From assembly GCA_963813335.1 (NCBI GenBank), contig CAWEYL010000001.1, forward strand, positions 576,001 to 640,000: a stretch of 64,000 bases of DNA. The letters run 5' to 3'. Source of the stretch: an uncultured Chloroflexia bacterium. GTDB taxonomy: Bacteria > Chloroflexota > Limnocylindria > Limnocylindrales > CSP1-4. Below the pieces are notes generated by a model. It was not told where the DNA came from. It made no database searches and was given only the letters and a program-made list of their open reading frames with translations. Positions 34,552 to 45,913 of this stretch are shown piece after piece. How positions within the stretch are numbered: position 1 is the first letter of the stretch; every line of letters begins with the position of its first letter. Position numbers and translations under genes: made by a program.

Positions 34552-37500
34552 GTGTCCCGATCGTCCCGCCTGTTCGTGCTGCTCAGCACGGCACTCCTGA
34601 TCGTCACCCAGCTCGGCCTGGCGTCGGCGGTCCTCGCCCATCACGACGAGTCGCCCGGGAGCGACCACGCGATCTTCTTCGCCGCCGATGGCATGCGCCA
34701 GGACGCGGTCAAGCGCTACGCCGACCAGGGCGTCATGCCCACGATGCGCTCGTTCCTGCGCAACGGCACCTACGCGTCGGGCAACGGCCTGCTGACCCAG
34801 GCGCCGCCGAACACCGGCGCGGGCTGGTACACGCTCGCGACCGGCGCATGGCCGGGTATCGCGGGCTCGACCAACAACACGTTCCACAAGTCGGGGCAGC
34901 CGTTCGCCAACCGGACGGCCGCGTTCGACCCGGGGACGCTCCAGGTCGAATCGATCGCGCAGTCGGCCGAGCGCGGCGGCCTCAAGGTCGCCCAGGTCGA
35001 GTGGGCCGGCGGTCGGAACGCCACCATCTCGGGGCCGACCATCGACTACCAGAGCTTCCTCTCCGGTCGCGGCGTCGCGACCAACTTCATCGGCACCAGC
35101 TCGGACCCGCTGTTCGATGATGTCGGGCTCATCTCGGGGCTCGGCCTGCAGTTCGACCATCCGTCCGGCTACGCCGGGCAGGCGCCCTTCCCGGGCGCGG
35201 CCCCCACCGACGCCGCCGGCTGGACCGGTGTCCCGATCTCGTACAGCCCGCCGAAGGAGATGCGCCTTCGCGTGCTCGACTTCGGCGTCGACAAGTACGG
35301 CCTCAACGCCTACATCTACGACCGCACGAACAACGGCAAGGTCGACTACGACCGTGTGCTGTTCTCCGCGTCCAAGAACGGCGCCGAGGCGGTCGCCACG
35401 CTCAAGCCCGGCCAGCTGGCCGACGTCAAGGTCAAGATCGTCGGCGGCGCGCTCGCCGGCAAGACGGCCGGGATGCTGATCAAGGTCGAGGAGCTCTCGA
35501 AGGACCTCTCGCGGGTCCGCCTGTTCCACACGTCGGTGACGCGGGCGATCGCGTCCTGGCCGACCTGGCCCGGCGAGCCGGGCTTCACCGGCGACTTCGA
35601 GGAATACCTCGCCCAGACGTTCCCGACCGCGACCGCCGCGGACTTCGCGGTCCTCGAGGCCGGCATCGTCAGCGAGGACACGTACGTCCAGCAGGGCCTC
35701 TACTGGGCGACCGGTCACCAGCCGATGCTCAAGTACGTCATGCGGACCTACAAGCCCGACCTGCTGCTGGCCGGCTTCCCGACCACGGACGAGTTCCAGC
35801 ACCAGTTCCTCGGCCTCGTGACGAAGACGCTGCCCAATGGCGCCGACAACCCGTCGTACGACGACGTGAACCTCGACGGCATCAAGGACCACCGCGTCGC
35901 CGAGCGCTCCGCCTACCTGCGGCGCGCCTACGCGGGCGCCGACGACACCCTGACCCTCGCCCGGAACCTGATGGGCCACGACCCGACGACCTTCGTCGCG
36001 TCGGACCACGGGTTCGCCCCGCAGTTCCTGGCCATCGACGCCAGCAAGGTCCTCGTCGACCTCGGCCTGCTCTCGAAGCCGCAGACGTCCAACTGCCGCC
36101 CGGCGACGGGCGAGACCATCGGCAAGGCCAAGGCCTGCTGGGCCGGCGGCACGGTCCAGATCTACCTGAACCAGGCCGGCCGCGATCCCGCCGGCGGCGG
36201 GCTCCAGCAGGTCGCCGCCGGCGACGCCGCGGCGACGGTCGCCACGATCAAGGCCGCCTTCCTGGCCCTCAGCGACCCGAACGACTGGACCCACGACAAG
36301 AACCCCGAAGGCTGGAAGGTCATCGACCGCGCCTATACGCGGGCCGAATCCAGGTACATCCCCAACGGGCCCGGCTCGACCGCGGACATGGCCCATCCGA
36401 CGCGGACCGGCGACCTCGTCGCCTTCTCCTATCCGCCCTACCAGTTCGACGCGGAGACGCCGGGGACGCTGATCGCGCCCTCGAAGTTCTTCGGCCAGCA
36501 CGGCTACGTGCCGGACGTCCAGGACCTCGACAGCAACACCAACATGCGCGCGACGTTCCTCGCCGGCGGCGAGGGGGTCGACCGCGGTTCCGTGAAGGCC
36601 CGCTCGATCGACCTGGCGCCGACGCTCGCCTACATGCTCGGGATCCCCGAGCCGCAGTACAGCCAGGGCAAGGTCCTGCTCTCGATGCTCAAGGGCGGCT
36701 CGTCGGTGAAGCCGATCTCGATCGTCGGGCTCAGCGACTTCCACGGCCAGCTCGACCCGACCACGATGACCTTCGACGGCATCGCGTCACCCGTCGGTGG
36801 CGCCGGCCAGCTGGCGACCATGTTCGACGAAGAGCTCGCCGGCCTCCCCGGACCGGGGTTGCTCCTCGCCGGCGGCGACAACGTCGGCGCGTCGCCGCCC
36901 AACTCGGCGCTCCTCGAGGACAAGCCGGCGATCGACGCCGAGAACGCCTGGGGCCTCGATGCGACGTCGTACGGCAACCATGAGTTCGACTACGGGGTGA
37001 CCCGCCTGCTGGCGCAGCAGGCCCAGGCGCATTTCCCGTTCCTTGCCACGAACATCGTCGAGACCGCGACCGGCAAGGCCCCATCGTGGGTCACGCCCTC
37101 GGTGGTCTTCACGGTCAACGGCACCAAGGTCGGCGTCATCGGCGCCGAGCTCCTGAACACGCCGGAGCTGGTCTCGGCCGGGAACACGGTCGGGCTCAAG
37201 TTCCTCCCGGAGGCGGAGCGCATCAAGGCCGAGTCGGAGCGCCTGCGCAAGCAGGGCGTGAAGGTCCAGGTCGTGGTCATCCACCAGGGCACCAACGTCG
37301 GGACGAACACGCTCGGGAACACGCCCGGGACGCCGTGGGTCGGGCCGATCATCGACATCGCCAACGCCCTCCAGTCGACGACCGTCGACGCCATGATCGT
37401 CGGCCACACCCACCGGGTCTCCAACCTGATGGTGGGCGACATCCTGGTGACCGAGGGCATCAACGCCGGGGCCACCTACTCGGTGCTCCAGCTGATGGTC

Positions 37501-38270
37501 AAGGGCGGCGACGTCGCCTGGGCCGGCGGCGCGACCCGCGTGGCGAAGGACCTCGGCGTGACGCCGCGGGCCGACGTCCAGGCGATCGTCGACGAGGCGA
37601 ACGCCGACACGGCGGTCCTCCGCAACAAGGTGATCGGCACGCAGCCGATCGATATCCGGCGCGCCCCCGACCGGCTCCACGAGTCGGCGATGGGCAACAT
37701 GGTCGCGGACGCGATGCGAGCCAAGTACCCGGGGGTCGACGCGGCCTTCACCAACTCCGGCGGCCTGCGACAGGACATCCTCGTCACCCCGCCGCTCGGC
37801 GGGCGAGGCCAGCCGGCGAGATCACCTGGGGCGAGGTGTTCGCGGTCCTGCCGTTCGGCAACCGGACCGTGATCGAGACCCTGACCGGGGCCCAGATGAC
37901 CACGGCGTTCCTCAACGGGTTCACGCCGTTCTGCGATCCGGCGTTCGCCGGCGGGACCGGCCGTTTCCCGCAGATCTCCGGTCTGCGCGGTCCAGTTCCA
38001 CTGCACCGGGACGACCCCGGTCATCGACGGGATCTGGAAGACGCCGGGCGGCGCGGGCGATCCGGGGACGCTGGTCGGCCCCGCCGACACCATCCGGTTC
38101 GTCACCAACGACTTCATGTTCACGGGCGGCGACGGCTACACCGTCTTCGCCCAGGGCACGAACGTCCTCCAGCCGGGCGACGCCCTGCTCGACGTCTCCA
38201 TCGAGTAGATCACCGCCCATTCGCCGGTCGCGCCGGTCGTGGACGGCCGAAGCATCGTCGCGGCCCGTGA
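34552..38270 (+). CDS. secreted alkaline-phosphatase-superfamily (NPP) / 5'-nucleotidase fusion (indels near the 3' end, in-frame TAG at 38206)
   Basis: Signal peptide; ADGMR, PPNT, DEFQH, SDHG, GQHG; then [41 protein letters not shown]. Confidence 0.88.
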
Positions 38271-38295
38271 TCGGTCGCTCCCACCGTTCCGCGCC

Positions 38296-38328
38296 ACGCC
38301 GGACCCGGGCCACGCCCGGGTCCGGCGT
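38296..38328 (+). terminator. GC-rich hairpin, probable terminator
   Basis: ACGCCGGACCCGGGC-CAC-GCCCGGGTCCGGCGT, perfect 15-bp stem. Confidence 0.6.
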
Positions 38329-38347
38329 TCTCGTCTAGCATCGACGG

Positions 38348-40198
38348 GTGACCCCCGCCCTCGAAGCCACGCTCAAGGGACTCCCCGACCGGCCCGGCGT
38401 CTACCTCATGAAGGACGAGCGCGGCGACGTCGTCTATGTCGGCAAGGCGCAGAGCCTGCGCAACCGGGTCCGCTCGTACTGGCAGAAGGCGACGCCGGCC
38501 GGCGAGATCCACCGCATCCGCAGCGTCATCGACCGCGTGGCGGAGGTCGAGTACACGCTGACGGACTCCGTCTCGGAGGCGCTCCTCCTCGAGGCGAACC
38601 TCATCAAGCGCTTCAAGCCGCGCTTCAACGTCCGCCTCAAGGACGACAAGAGCTACCCGTACATCAAGGTGACCCTCGGCGACGACTTCCCGCGGGTCGA
38701 GCGCACGCGCAAGCTCCCCAACGACGGCAGCCGCTACTTCGGGCCGTACGCGTCGGCGACGAGCGTCGACGAATCGATGAACCTGGTCCGCCGGCTCTTC
38801 CCGTTCCGCACCTGCACCATCGACATCAGGGACGGCGAGCGCGCGCTCCAGCGGCCCTGCCTGCTGTATCACATCAAGAAGTGCCAGGGCCCCTGCATCC
38901 AGGCGATCTCGAAGGACGACTACCGCGCCGACATCGCCCAGGTGGAGCTGTTCCTCGAGGGCCGCCAGGAGACGCTGGTGACCGCGCTCCAGCGCGAGAT
39001 GGCGGCGGCCGCGGAGCGGACCGACTACGAATCGGCTGCCGCGCTGCGCGACAAGATCCGCGCGATCGAGCGGACGATGGAGAGCCAGAAGATGGCCGCG
39101 TTCGCGCGGACCGAGCTGGACCTCGTCGGCCTCGCCCGGCAGGACAACCAGGCCGCCGTCCAGCTGTTCGCGATCCGGGCCGGCAAGCTGGTCGGCCGCG
39201 ACGTCTTCCTGCTCGAGGCGGTCCGCGAGGCGGCCGACGCGGAGGTCGTCGCCAGCTTCCTCGAGCAGTACTACGCGCGCGCGACCTCCATCCCGCGCGA
39301 GGTCTACCTGCCCACGCTCACCGAGGACGTGGCCGACCTCGAGGCGTTCCTCGCCGATCGCCGCGGCGGGCCCGTCCACCTCAAGCTCGCGCAGCGCGGC
39401 GAGAAGCGCGAGCTGATGGCCCTTGCCACGCGCAATGCCGCCGAGACGCTCGCGAAGGAGCAGGCGCGCTGGCTGGTCGACCAGGGCAAGACGCTGGCGG
39501 CGCTCGAGGAGCTCGCCGACGCGCTGGGCCTGCCCGGACCGCCCGCCCGCATCGAGTGCTACGACATCAGCAACTTCCAGGGCAGCGAATCGGTCGGCAG
39601 CATGGTCGTGTTCGAGGACGGCAAGCCGCGCAGCGGCGAGTACCGCCGGTTCCGGATCAAGACGGTCGAGGGACCCAACGACTTCGCCAGCCACCAGGAG
39701 GTGCTCCGCCGCCGGTTCCGGGCGAGCCGCATCGGCCAGGAGGGGAGCGAGGAGGAGCGCCGCTGGGCGATGCCGGACCTCGTCGTCATCGACGGCGGAC
39801 GCGGCCAGGTCGCGGCGGCGAAGGTCGTTCTCGACGAGCTCGGCCTGCACGATCTCGCGGTCGTCGGCCTGGCCAAGGAGCGCGAGGAGCTGTTCCTGCC
39901 CGGCCGGTCCGACCCGGTCGTCCTCGCCGCCACCTCACCCGCGCTGTACCTCGTGCAGCGGCTCCGCGACGAGGCGCATCGCTTCGCGATCACCTATCAC
40001 CGCGACCTGCGGGCCAGGCGGACCGTCCGCTCCGCGTTCGACGACCTGCCCGGCGTCGGGCCGAAGCGCAAGCGCGAGCTGCTCAAGGTCTTCGGCTCGA
40101 TCAAGCGCGTCCGCGAGGCCCCGGTCGAGCAGATCGCCGCGGTCCCGGGCATCGGCCGCTCGCTCGCGGAGCGGATCAAGGCGACGCTCGACGCCTAG
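38348..40198 (+). CDS. uvrC: excinuclease ABC subunit C
   Basis: PGVYLM..YVGKA..LRNRVRSY GIY-YIG; ECYDISN; IDGGRGQ; RDEAHRFA; HhH. Confidence 0.97.
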   Translation: MTPALEATLKGLPDRPGVYLMKDERGDVVYVGKAQSLRNRVRSYWQKATPAGEIHRIRSVIDRVAEVEYTLTDSVSEALLLEANLIKRFKPRFNVRLKDDKSYPYIKVTLGDDFPRVERTRKLPNDGSRYFGPYASATSVDESMNLVRRLFPFRTCTIDIRDGERALQRPCLLYHIKKCQGPCIQAISKDDYRADIAQVELFLEGRQETLVTALQREMAAAAERTDYESAAALRDKIRAIERTMESQKMAAFARTELDLVGLARQDNQAAVQLFAIRAGKLVGRDVFLLEAVREAADAEVVASFLEQYYARATSIPREVYLPTLTEDVADLEAFLADRRGGPVHLKLAQRGEKRELMALATRNAAETLAKEQARWLVDQGKTLAALEELADALGLPGPPARIECYDISNFQGSESVGSMVVFEDGKPRSGEYRRFRIKTVEGPNDFASHQEVLRRRFRASRIGQEGSEEERRWAMPDLVVIDGGRGQVAAAKVVLDELGLHDLAVVGLAKEREELFLPGRSDPVVLAATSPALYLVQRLRDEAHRFAITYHRDLRARRTVRSAFDDLPGVGPKRKRELLKVFGSIKRVREAPVEQIAAVPGIGRSLAERIKATLDA

Positions 40199-40246
40199 GA
40201 CTCCCCGGCGGCGTCCTCGGGACGTTCCGTGTACCATCCCGCGGAC

Positions 40247-41605
40247 ATGCGAAAAGCCGGCCCCATCCTCATCGTCCTGATCGGCGTCATCGCCCTCATC
40301 ATCAACTTCTTCCCGAACCTGACCGTCCCGGACAGCACGTCCGCGAGCGGGAGCCGCCCGATCGAGACGAAGCTGGGTCTCGACCTGTCCGGCGGCCTGC
40401 GCGTCGAGTACCAGGCGCAGACGGTCAACGGCACGTCGCCGACCGGCGCGGACATGGCGATCATCAAGGACATCATCGAGCGCCGGGTGAACACGACCGG
40501 CGTCTCCGAGCCCGTGGTCGTCACCCAGGGCAGCGACCGGATCGTGGTCGAGCTGCCGGGCGTCACCGACCCGGACGCGGTCCGTCGCCTCGTCGGCCAG
40601 ACCGGCCGCCTCGACTTCGTCCCGCTCGGCCAGGCGACCGCTACCGAGGGCCAGGTCCTCGACCTCGCGAAGACGCCGCCGCTGTTCAGCGGCGACCAGG
40701 TCGCGTCGGCCTCGATCGGCAACGACCAGCAAGGCGGGCTGACCGTCAACTTCGTGCTCAAGGACGACGGCGCCAAGCGCTTCGCCACCTTCACGAGCGA
40801 CCACGTCGGCGACTACTTCGCGATCACCCTCGACTCGGCGGTGATCTCGGCGCCGCGCATCAACGAGGCGATCCCGGGCGGGAATGTCCAGATCACCGCC
40901 GGCGGCATCGGCGGGTTCCCCGCGAAGGAAGCGAACAACCTCGTCACGATCCTGAAGTTCGGCTCTCTGCCATTCCCGATCCTCGAGCTCTCGAGCGAGC
41001 GGATCAGCGCGACCCTGGGATCCCAGTTCCTGAACCAGAGCCTGATGGCCGGCGCGCTGGGCATCCTGATGGTGATGCTCTTCATGGTCATCTACTACCG
41101 GGCGATCGGCCTGGTCGCCTGCTTCGCCCTCGGCTACTACACGCTGGTGGTGCTGGCGATCTTCCGGCTCATCCCGGTCACCCTCACGCTCGCCGGCATC
41201 GCGGGCTTCGTGCTCTCGGTCGGCATGGCCGTCGACGCGAACATCCTGATCTTCGAGCGGATGAAGGAAGAGCTGCGCCTCGGCAAGTCGCTGCCCTCCG
41301 CGGTGGAGGCCGGCTTCAACCGGGCCTGGAACTCGATCCTCGACTCGAACGTGTCGAGCCTGATCACCGCCACCATCCTGTACGCCTTCGGCTCGTCCAC
41401 GATCCGCGGCTTCGCGCTGGTCCTGATCATCGGCGTCCTCACGTCGATGTTCAGCGCCATCGTGGTGACCCGCTCGATCATGCGGGTCATGGTCCGCCAG
41501 CCGTGGGCGAGGCGCGCCTCGTTCTACGGCCTGCGCGACGAGGAGTTCGTGACCCGCGAGCCGATGGGCCGGCCATCCAGCCGCCGCGGAGCCGCCGGTG
41601 TTTGA
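40247..41605 (+). CDS. secD: protein translocase subunit SecD
   Basis: KLGLDLSGG, IERRVN, GMAVDANILIFER. Confidence 0.95.
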   Translation: MRKAGPILIVLIGVIALIINFFPNLTVPDSTSASGSRPIETKLGLDLSGGLRVEYQAQTVNGTSPTGADMAIIKDIIERRVNTTGVSEPVVVTQGSDRIVVELPGVTDPDAVRRLVGQTGRLDFVPLGQATATEGQVLDLAKTPPLFSGDQVASASIGNDQQGGLTVNFVLKDDGAKRFATFTSDHVGDYFAITLDSAVISAPRINEAIPGGNVQITAGGIGGFPAKEANNLVTILKFGSLPFPILELSSERISATLGSQFLNQSLMAGALGILMVMLFMVIYYRAIGLVACFALGYYTLVVLAIFRLIPVTLTLAGIAGFVLSVGMAVDANILIFERMKEELRLGKSLPSAVEAGFNRAWNSILDSNVSSLITATILYAFGSSTIRGFALVLIIGVLTSMFSAIVVTRSIMRVMVRQPWARRASFYGLRDEEFVTREPMGRPSSRRGAAGV

Positions 41606-42848
41606 CGTCATCGGCAAACGTCGGTGGTTCTACGCGTTCTCACTGCTCCTCACGATCCCGGGACTGATCTTCATCCTCCTCACCCCGATCTCCGACGCCG
41701 GCCTGCAGTTCAGCATCGACTACACCGGCGGGACCAAGTGGGAGATCAAGTTCGAGGACCCGACGGTCACCCCGGACCAGGTCGAGGCCGTCTTCGCCGA
41801 GCACGGCCTGGAGGCCAGCGCGATCACGACGGGCTCCGGCTTCATCGAGATCCGCACCGTGGTGCCGATCGGCCTCCAGCCGCAGGCCCCGCAGGCCACC
41901 CCGGTGCCGACCCTGGCCCTACCGAGCGCGACCCCATCGGGCTCGGCGTCCGCGTCCGCCTCCGCTTCGGCTTCCGCGTCCGCGTCCGCCTCCGCCTCGA
42001 CCGCCGCGAGCGCCAGCGCCAGCCCGGCCGCCTCGGCCAGCGGGAGCGCCGTCCCGTCCGCGAGCCCGGCGCCGTCGGCCACGCCGGCGCCCTCGGCAAG
42101 CCCATCCGCGAGCCCGTCGGCCGGCGCCTCGCCCTCGGCGTCGCCATCGGCCGCACCGGCCGGCACCATCGAGCTGCCGACGACCGGCCCGCTCGGCGAG
42201 GTCCGCACCGCGCTCGAGGCCCAGCTCGGCAAGATCGCGGCCCAGAACAGCCTGACGACCATCGGCGCCGTCGTGAGCTCCGACCTGATCAGCCAGGCGC
42301 TCATCCTGATCCTGGTCGGGTCGATCGGGATCCTGCTCTGGATCACCTACCGCTTCCGCGACGTGAAGTTCGGGGTCACGGCGCTCGTCGCGCTGCTGCA
42401 CGACGTCATCCTCGTCGTCGGCTTCTTCGCCCTGCTCGGGACGTTCTTCAACGTCCAGATCGACGCCCTGTTCGTGACGGCGATGCTGACGATCATCGGG
42501 TTCAGCGTGCACGACACGATCGTGGTGTTCGACCGCGTCCGCGAGAACCGCGCCCGGCATGCCGGCGAGCCGTTCGCCGACATCGTCAACCACTCCATCC
42601 TGCAGACGTTCGGGCGCTCCATCACGACCAGCCTGACCGTCGTCCTGACGCTCCTCGCCCTCCTGCTGTTCGGCGGCTCGGCGATCAACGACTTCATCCT
42701 CGCGCTGCTGATCGGCATCGTGTCCGGGACGTACTCCTCGATCTTCGTGGCCAGCCCGCTGCTCGTGGACTGGCATCTCTGGGAGGACCGCCGGCGCGGC
42801 CGCGTCGCCACGACCCGCGCCCCTCGACCCCGCCGTTCCGTTTCCTGA
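41598..42848 (+). CDS. secF: protein translocase subunit SecF
   Basis: SIDYTGG, LLHD, GFSVHDTIVVFDRVREN, GTYSSIFVASP. Confidence 0.95.
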   Translation: MFDVIGKRRWFYAFSLLLTIPGLIFILLTPISDAGLQFSIDYTGGTKWEIKFEDPTVTPDQVEAVFAEHGLEASAITTGSGFIEIRTVVPIGLQPQAPQATPVPTLALPSATPSGSASASASASASASASASASTAASASASPAASASGSAVPSASPAPSATPAPSASPSASPSAGASPSASPSAAPAGTIELPTTGPLGEVRTALEAQLGKIAAQNSLTTIGAVVSSDLISQALILILVGSIGILLWITYRFRDVKFGVTALVALLHDVILVVGFFALLGTFFNVQIDALFVTAMLTIIGFSVHDTIVVFDRVRENRARHAGEPFADIVNHSILQTFGRSITTSLTVVLTLLALLLFGGSAINDFILALLIGIVSGTYSSIFVASPLLVDWHLWEDRRRGRVATTRAPRPRRSVS

Positions 42849-42903
42849 CCCGACCGATGGAGGCGCCCGTCAAAGCCGCGGTGCAGCGACGGATGTCAGA
42901 CTG

Positions 42904-44672
42904 ATGGACGTGCTCGAGCCGCGTTTCCGCTGGGTGTTCCCGGACCACGCCGAGGTCTCGGCCGACGCGGCCGCCGCCGCGACGCGGCACGGCCTGTCGG
43001 CGCGCGTGGCCAGCCTCCTCGTGGCCCGTGGCGCGCCGGACGGACCCGCCATCGACGCGTTCTTCGGCGATCCCCTCGACGGGCTGCACGACCCGGCCCT
43101 GCTCCCCGACATCGGGATCCTGCTGGGACGGCTCGCGCTCGCGCGCGAGCAGGGTGAGCGCGTGCTCGTCTTCGGCGACTTCGACGCGGACGGGCTGACC
43201 GGGCTGGCGATCATGGTCCAGGCCCTCGAACGCTACGGGCTGACGGTCGAGCCATACGTCCCGAGCCGCCTCGAGGAGGGCCACGGCCTCTCGATCGCGG
43301 CCCTCGACCGGGCCCAGGCGGTCGGGGCCACGGTGATCATCACGGTCGACTGCGGTGCGACCAGCCACGCCGAGATCGCCGAGGCCGGCCGCCGCGGGCT
43401 CGACGTCATCGTCACCGACCACCACCGCGTCCCGCCGGTGATGCCGCCGGCGCTGGCCGTGGTGGACCCGCACCGCGCCGGACTCGGTCTACCCGGACCG
43501 GCGGCTCGCGGGCAGCGGCGTCGCCTTCAAGATCGCCGGCGCGCTCCTGGCCGACCTGCCCGGGCGGCCCGGCGGCGGCGCTCGCGCTGGCGGACCTCGC
43601 GACCATCGGGACCGTCGCGGACGTGGCGCCGATCGTCGGCGAGAACCGGGCGATCGCCCGCCTCGGGCTGGCGATCCTGCGCGCCGCGCCGCGGCCCGGC
43701 ATCGCTGCGCTTCTGGAGCGGGCCAACGTCGCGCCCGCCGCCGTCGACCTCGAGACCGTCTCGTTCGCGATCGCCCCCCGGCTGAACGCCGCCGGCCGGG
43801 TGGGGGAGGCCGTGGAGGCCGCGCGCCTCCTGCTGGCGACGACGAGCGAGGACGCGAACCGCCACGCCGACGCCCTCGAAGCGGCCAACCTCGAGCGTCG
43901 CGACCTGCTCAAGCGGGCGCTGGTCGAGGCGCGCGCCGCGGTGGACGTCGGCGCGACCCCGCCTGCCACCCTCATCCACGGGCCGTGGCCGGTGGGCATC
44001 GTCGGGCTCCTCGCGGCCAGGCTGGTCGAGGACCTCGGGCGGCCCGCCGTGGTCGGATCGGAGCAAGGCGACACGATCCGCGCGTCGTGCCGCAGCGACG
44101 GGTCGATGGACCTCGGCGCCGCGCTCGAGCGGTGCGGCGACCTCTTCACGCGGTATGGCGGCCATGCCGGCGCCGCCGGCTTCGAGCTCCCGACGGCGGA
44201 CTGGGACGCCTTCTGCGCGCGGTTCCTCGTGCTCGCCGAGGCGACCGCGCCGGTCGACCCGCGCGTCCCGTTGCGGATCGACCTGGTCGTGTCGGCCCTC
44301 GAGGTCGACTACGCCTTCCTGCGCGAGCTCGCCGGGCTGGCGCCCTACGGCCCGGGCAACCCGGACCCGCTCGTGGCGGTGCTCGGCATGACCGTGACCC
44401 GCGTCCGGGCCGCGACCGGTGGGCACAGCCAGCTCACGCTGCGCCGCGATCGCGACGTCCTCGACGGGATCGCCTTCGGCCGGCCGGACCTCGCCGAGGT
44501 CGTCCGGGAAGGGGACCGGCTCGACATCGTGGCGCGGCTGGTCAGCCGCCAGTTCGGCGGCCTCGAGACGCTCCAGCTCGAGATCCGCGACGCCGCGCCG
44601 GCCGGCCACCACGTCGGGCTGCGCGCCGCGGCGCAGCCCCTTGGCGGCTCGCTCGCCGGGGTCGGGGCATGA
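42904..44672 (+). CDS. recJ: ssDNA-specific exonuclease RecJ (indels at ~43480-43570)
   Basis: GDFDADG, TVDCG, TDHH, APRLNAAGR, GGHAGAAG, PYGPGNP. Confidence 0.93.
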
Positions 44673-45913
44673 CCGGCTCCGCGCGCCCGCCGCGCGCCTC
44701 CGACCCGTACGGCGTCGGGCCGGTCCGCTCGCTCATCGCCCCGGTCGCGTCCGTCGTCGGCCTGCTGGTCGTCGCGTTCGTGACGCTCAGCCTGCTCAAC
44801 GGGAACGTGCCGCTGGTCGGGGCGCCAGCCGCAGGGCCAGCCGGCTCCGGCGGTACGGTCCCGGGGGTCGCGCAGACCGCGGCCCCGTCCAACGTGATCG
44901 TGGTGGAGCCTGAGGCCGCCTTCCCGGGCTCGATCGTCTACGCGAAGGCCGGCAACATCTGGATCCAGTCAGGCAAGGACGTCAAGCAGCTCACGAACGG
45001 CGGGACGGACTCGATGCCGTCGTGGTCCCCCGACGGCCAGCAGGTCTACTTCGTCCGGACCATCAACGAGATCGGGACGTGGCCGTCGCAGGGCAAGCCG
45101 TCCCACTACCTGATGACCGTCCCGAGCGTGATGGTGGTCAACGCCGATGGCAGCGGGTCGCCGTCGCGGATCATCAACGGCAAGATCCACAAGGGCAGCC
45201 TCGAGTGGTTCACCTGGCTCCGCCAGCCGGTGTCCTCGCCGAACGGCAACACGCTGGCCCTCGTCTCGGACGCGCCCGATCCGACCAAGTCGGACGTGAT
45301 CCTGCAGCTGTACGACCTCGCCAAGAAGAAGTCGACCATCCCCGACGTGACCGAGGTCGCGCCGCTCGGTCACCAGGACCCGGCCTGGAAGCCGGATGGG
45401 CTGACGCTGCTGTATGTCCGCAACGCGCGCGACGGACCCAAGGGTGCCGCGGCGATCTACCGCTACGACCTGAAGACCAAGAAGGGCACGCCCCTGACAG
45501 GCCCGGGCTATCTCGAGCCCAACTACTCGCCGGATGGGCGCTACATCACCGCGACCAAGTCGGGCACGTTCGGCTCGGACATCGTGGTGCTCGACGCGTC
45601 CCGCGGCCGCGAGCTCCTGCGGGTCACCAACGACGGCGGATCCTGGGCACCGGTCTGGTCGCCCAAGGGCGACGCGATCGCGTTCCTCCACATCGAGGGC
45701 CAGATCGTCGACCTGCGCATGGCCACGCTCGGCGGGAGCGCGCCGGACTGGACCGTCACGTCGGTCAAGCCCCTGACCGAGGTCTCGGGCCTGGACGGGG
45801 CGTCCCGACCGGATTGGTTCATCCCCGCGAGCGAGCTGCCGATCCCGACGCCGGCGCCGACGCCGAGCGCGACCACCGTGCCGTCCGCCAGCCAGAGCGC
45901 GCCCGCGCCGTGA
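44669..45913 (+). CDS. TolB-like PD40 beta-propeller membrane protein
   Basis: N-terminal TM; PSWSPDG, PAWKPDG, PNYSPDG, PVWSPKG repeats. Confidence 0.8.
   Translation: MTGSARPPRASDPYGVGPVRSLIAPVASVVGLLVVAFVTLSLLNGNVPLVGAPAAGPAGSGGTVPGVAQTAAPSNVIVVEPEAAFPGSIVYAKAGNIWIQSGKDVKQLTNGGTDSMPSWSPDGQQVYFVRTINEIGTWPSQGKPSHYLMTVPSVMVVNADGSGSPSRIINGKIHKGSLEWFTWLRQPVSSPNGNTLALVSDAPDPTKSDVILQLYDLAKKKSTIPDVTEVAPLGHQDPAWKPDGLTLLYVRNARDGPKGAAAIYRYDLKTKKGTPLTGPGYLEPNYSPDGRYITATKSGTFGSDIVVLDASRGRELLRVTNDGGSWAPVWSPKGDAIAFLHIEGQIVDLRMATLGGSAPDWTVTSVKPLTEVSGLDGASRPDWFIPASELPIPTPAPTPSATTVPSASQSAPAP

Noticed and set aside
38206-38208. In-frame TAG near the end of the 5'-nucleotidase as amber readthrough (pyrrolysine)
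   Set aside because: The context SIE*ITAHSPV..VDGR expects Tyr (TAC), one substitution away. No pyl genes are in the window, and TAG serves as a normal stop in other genes.
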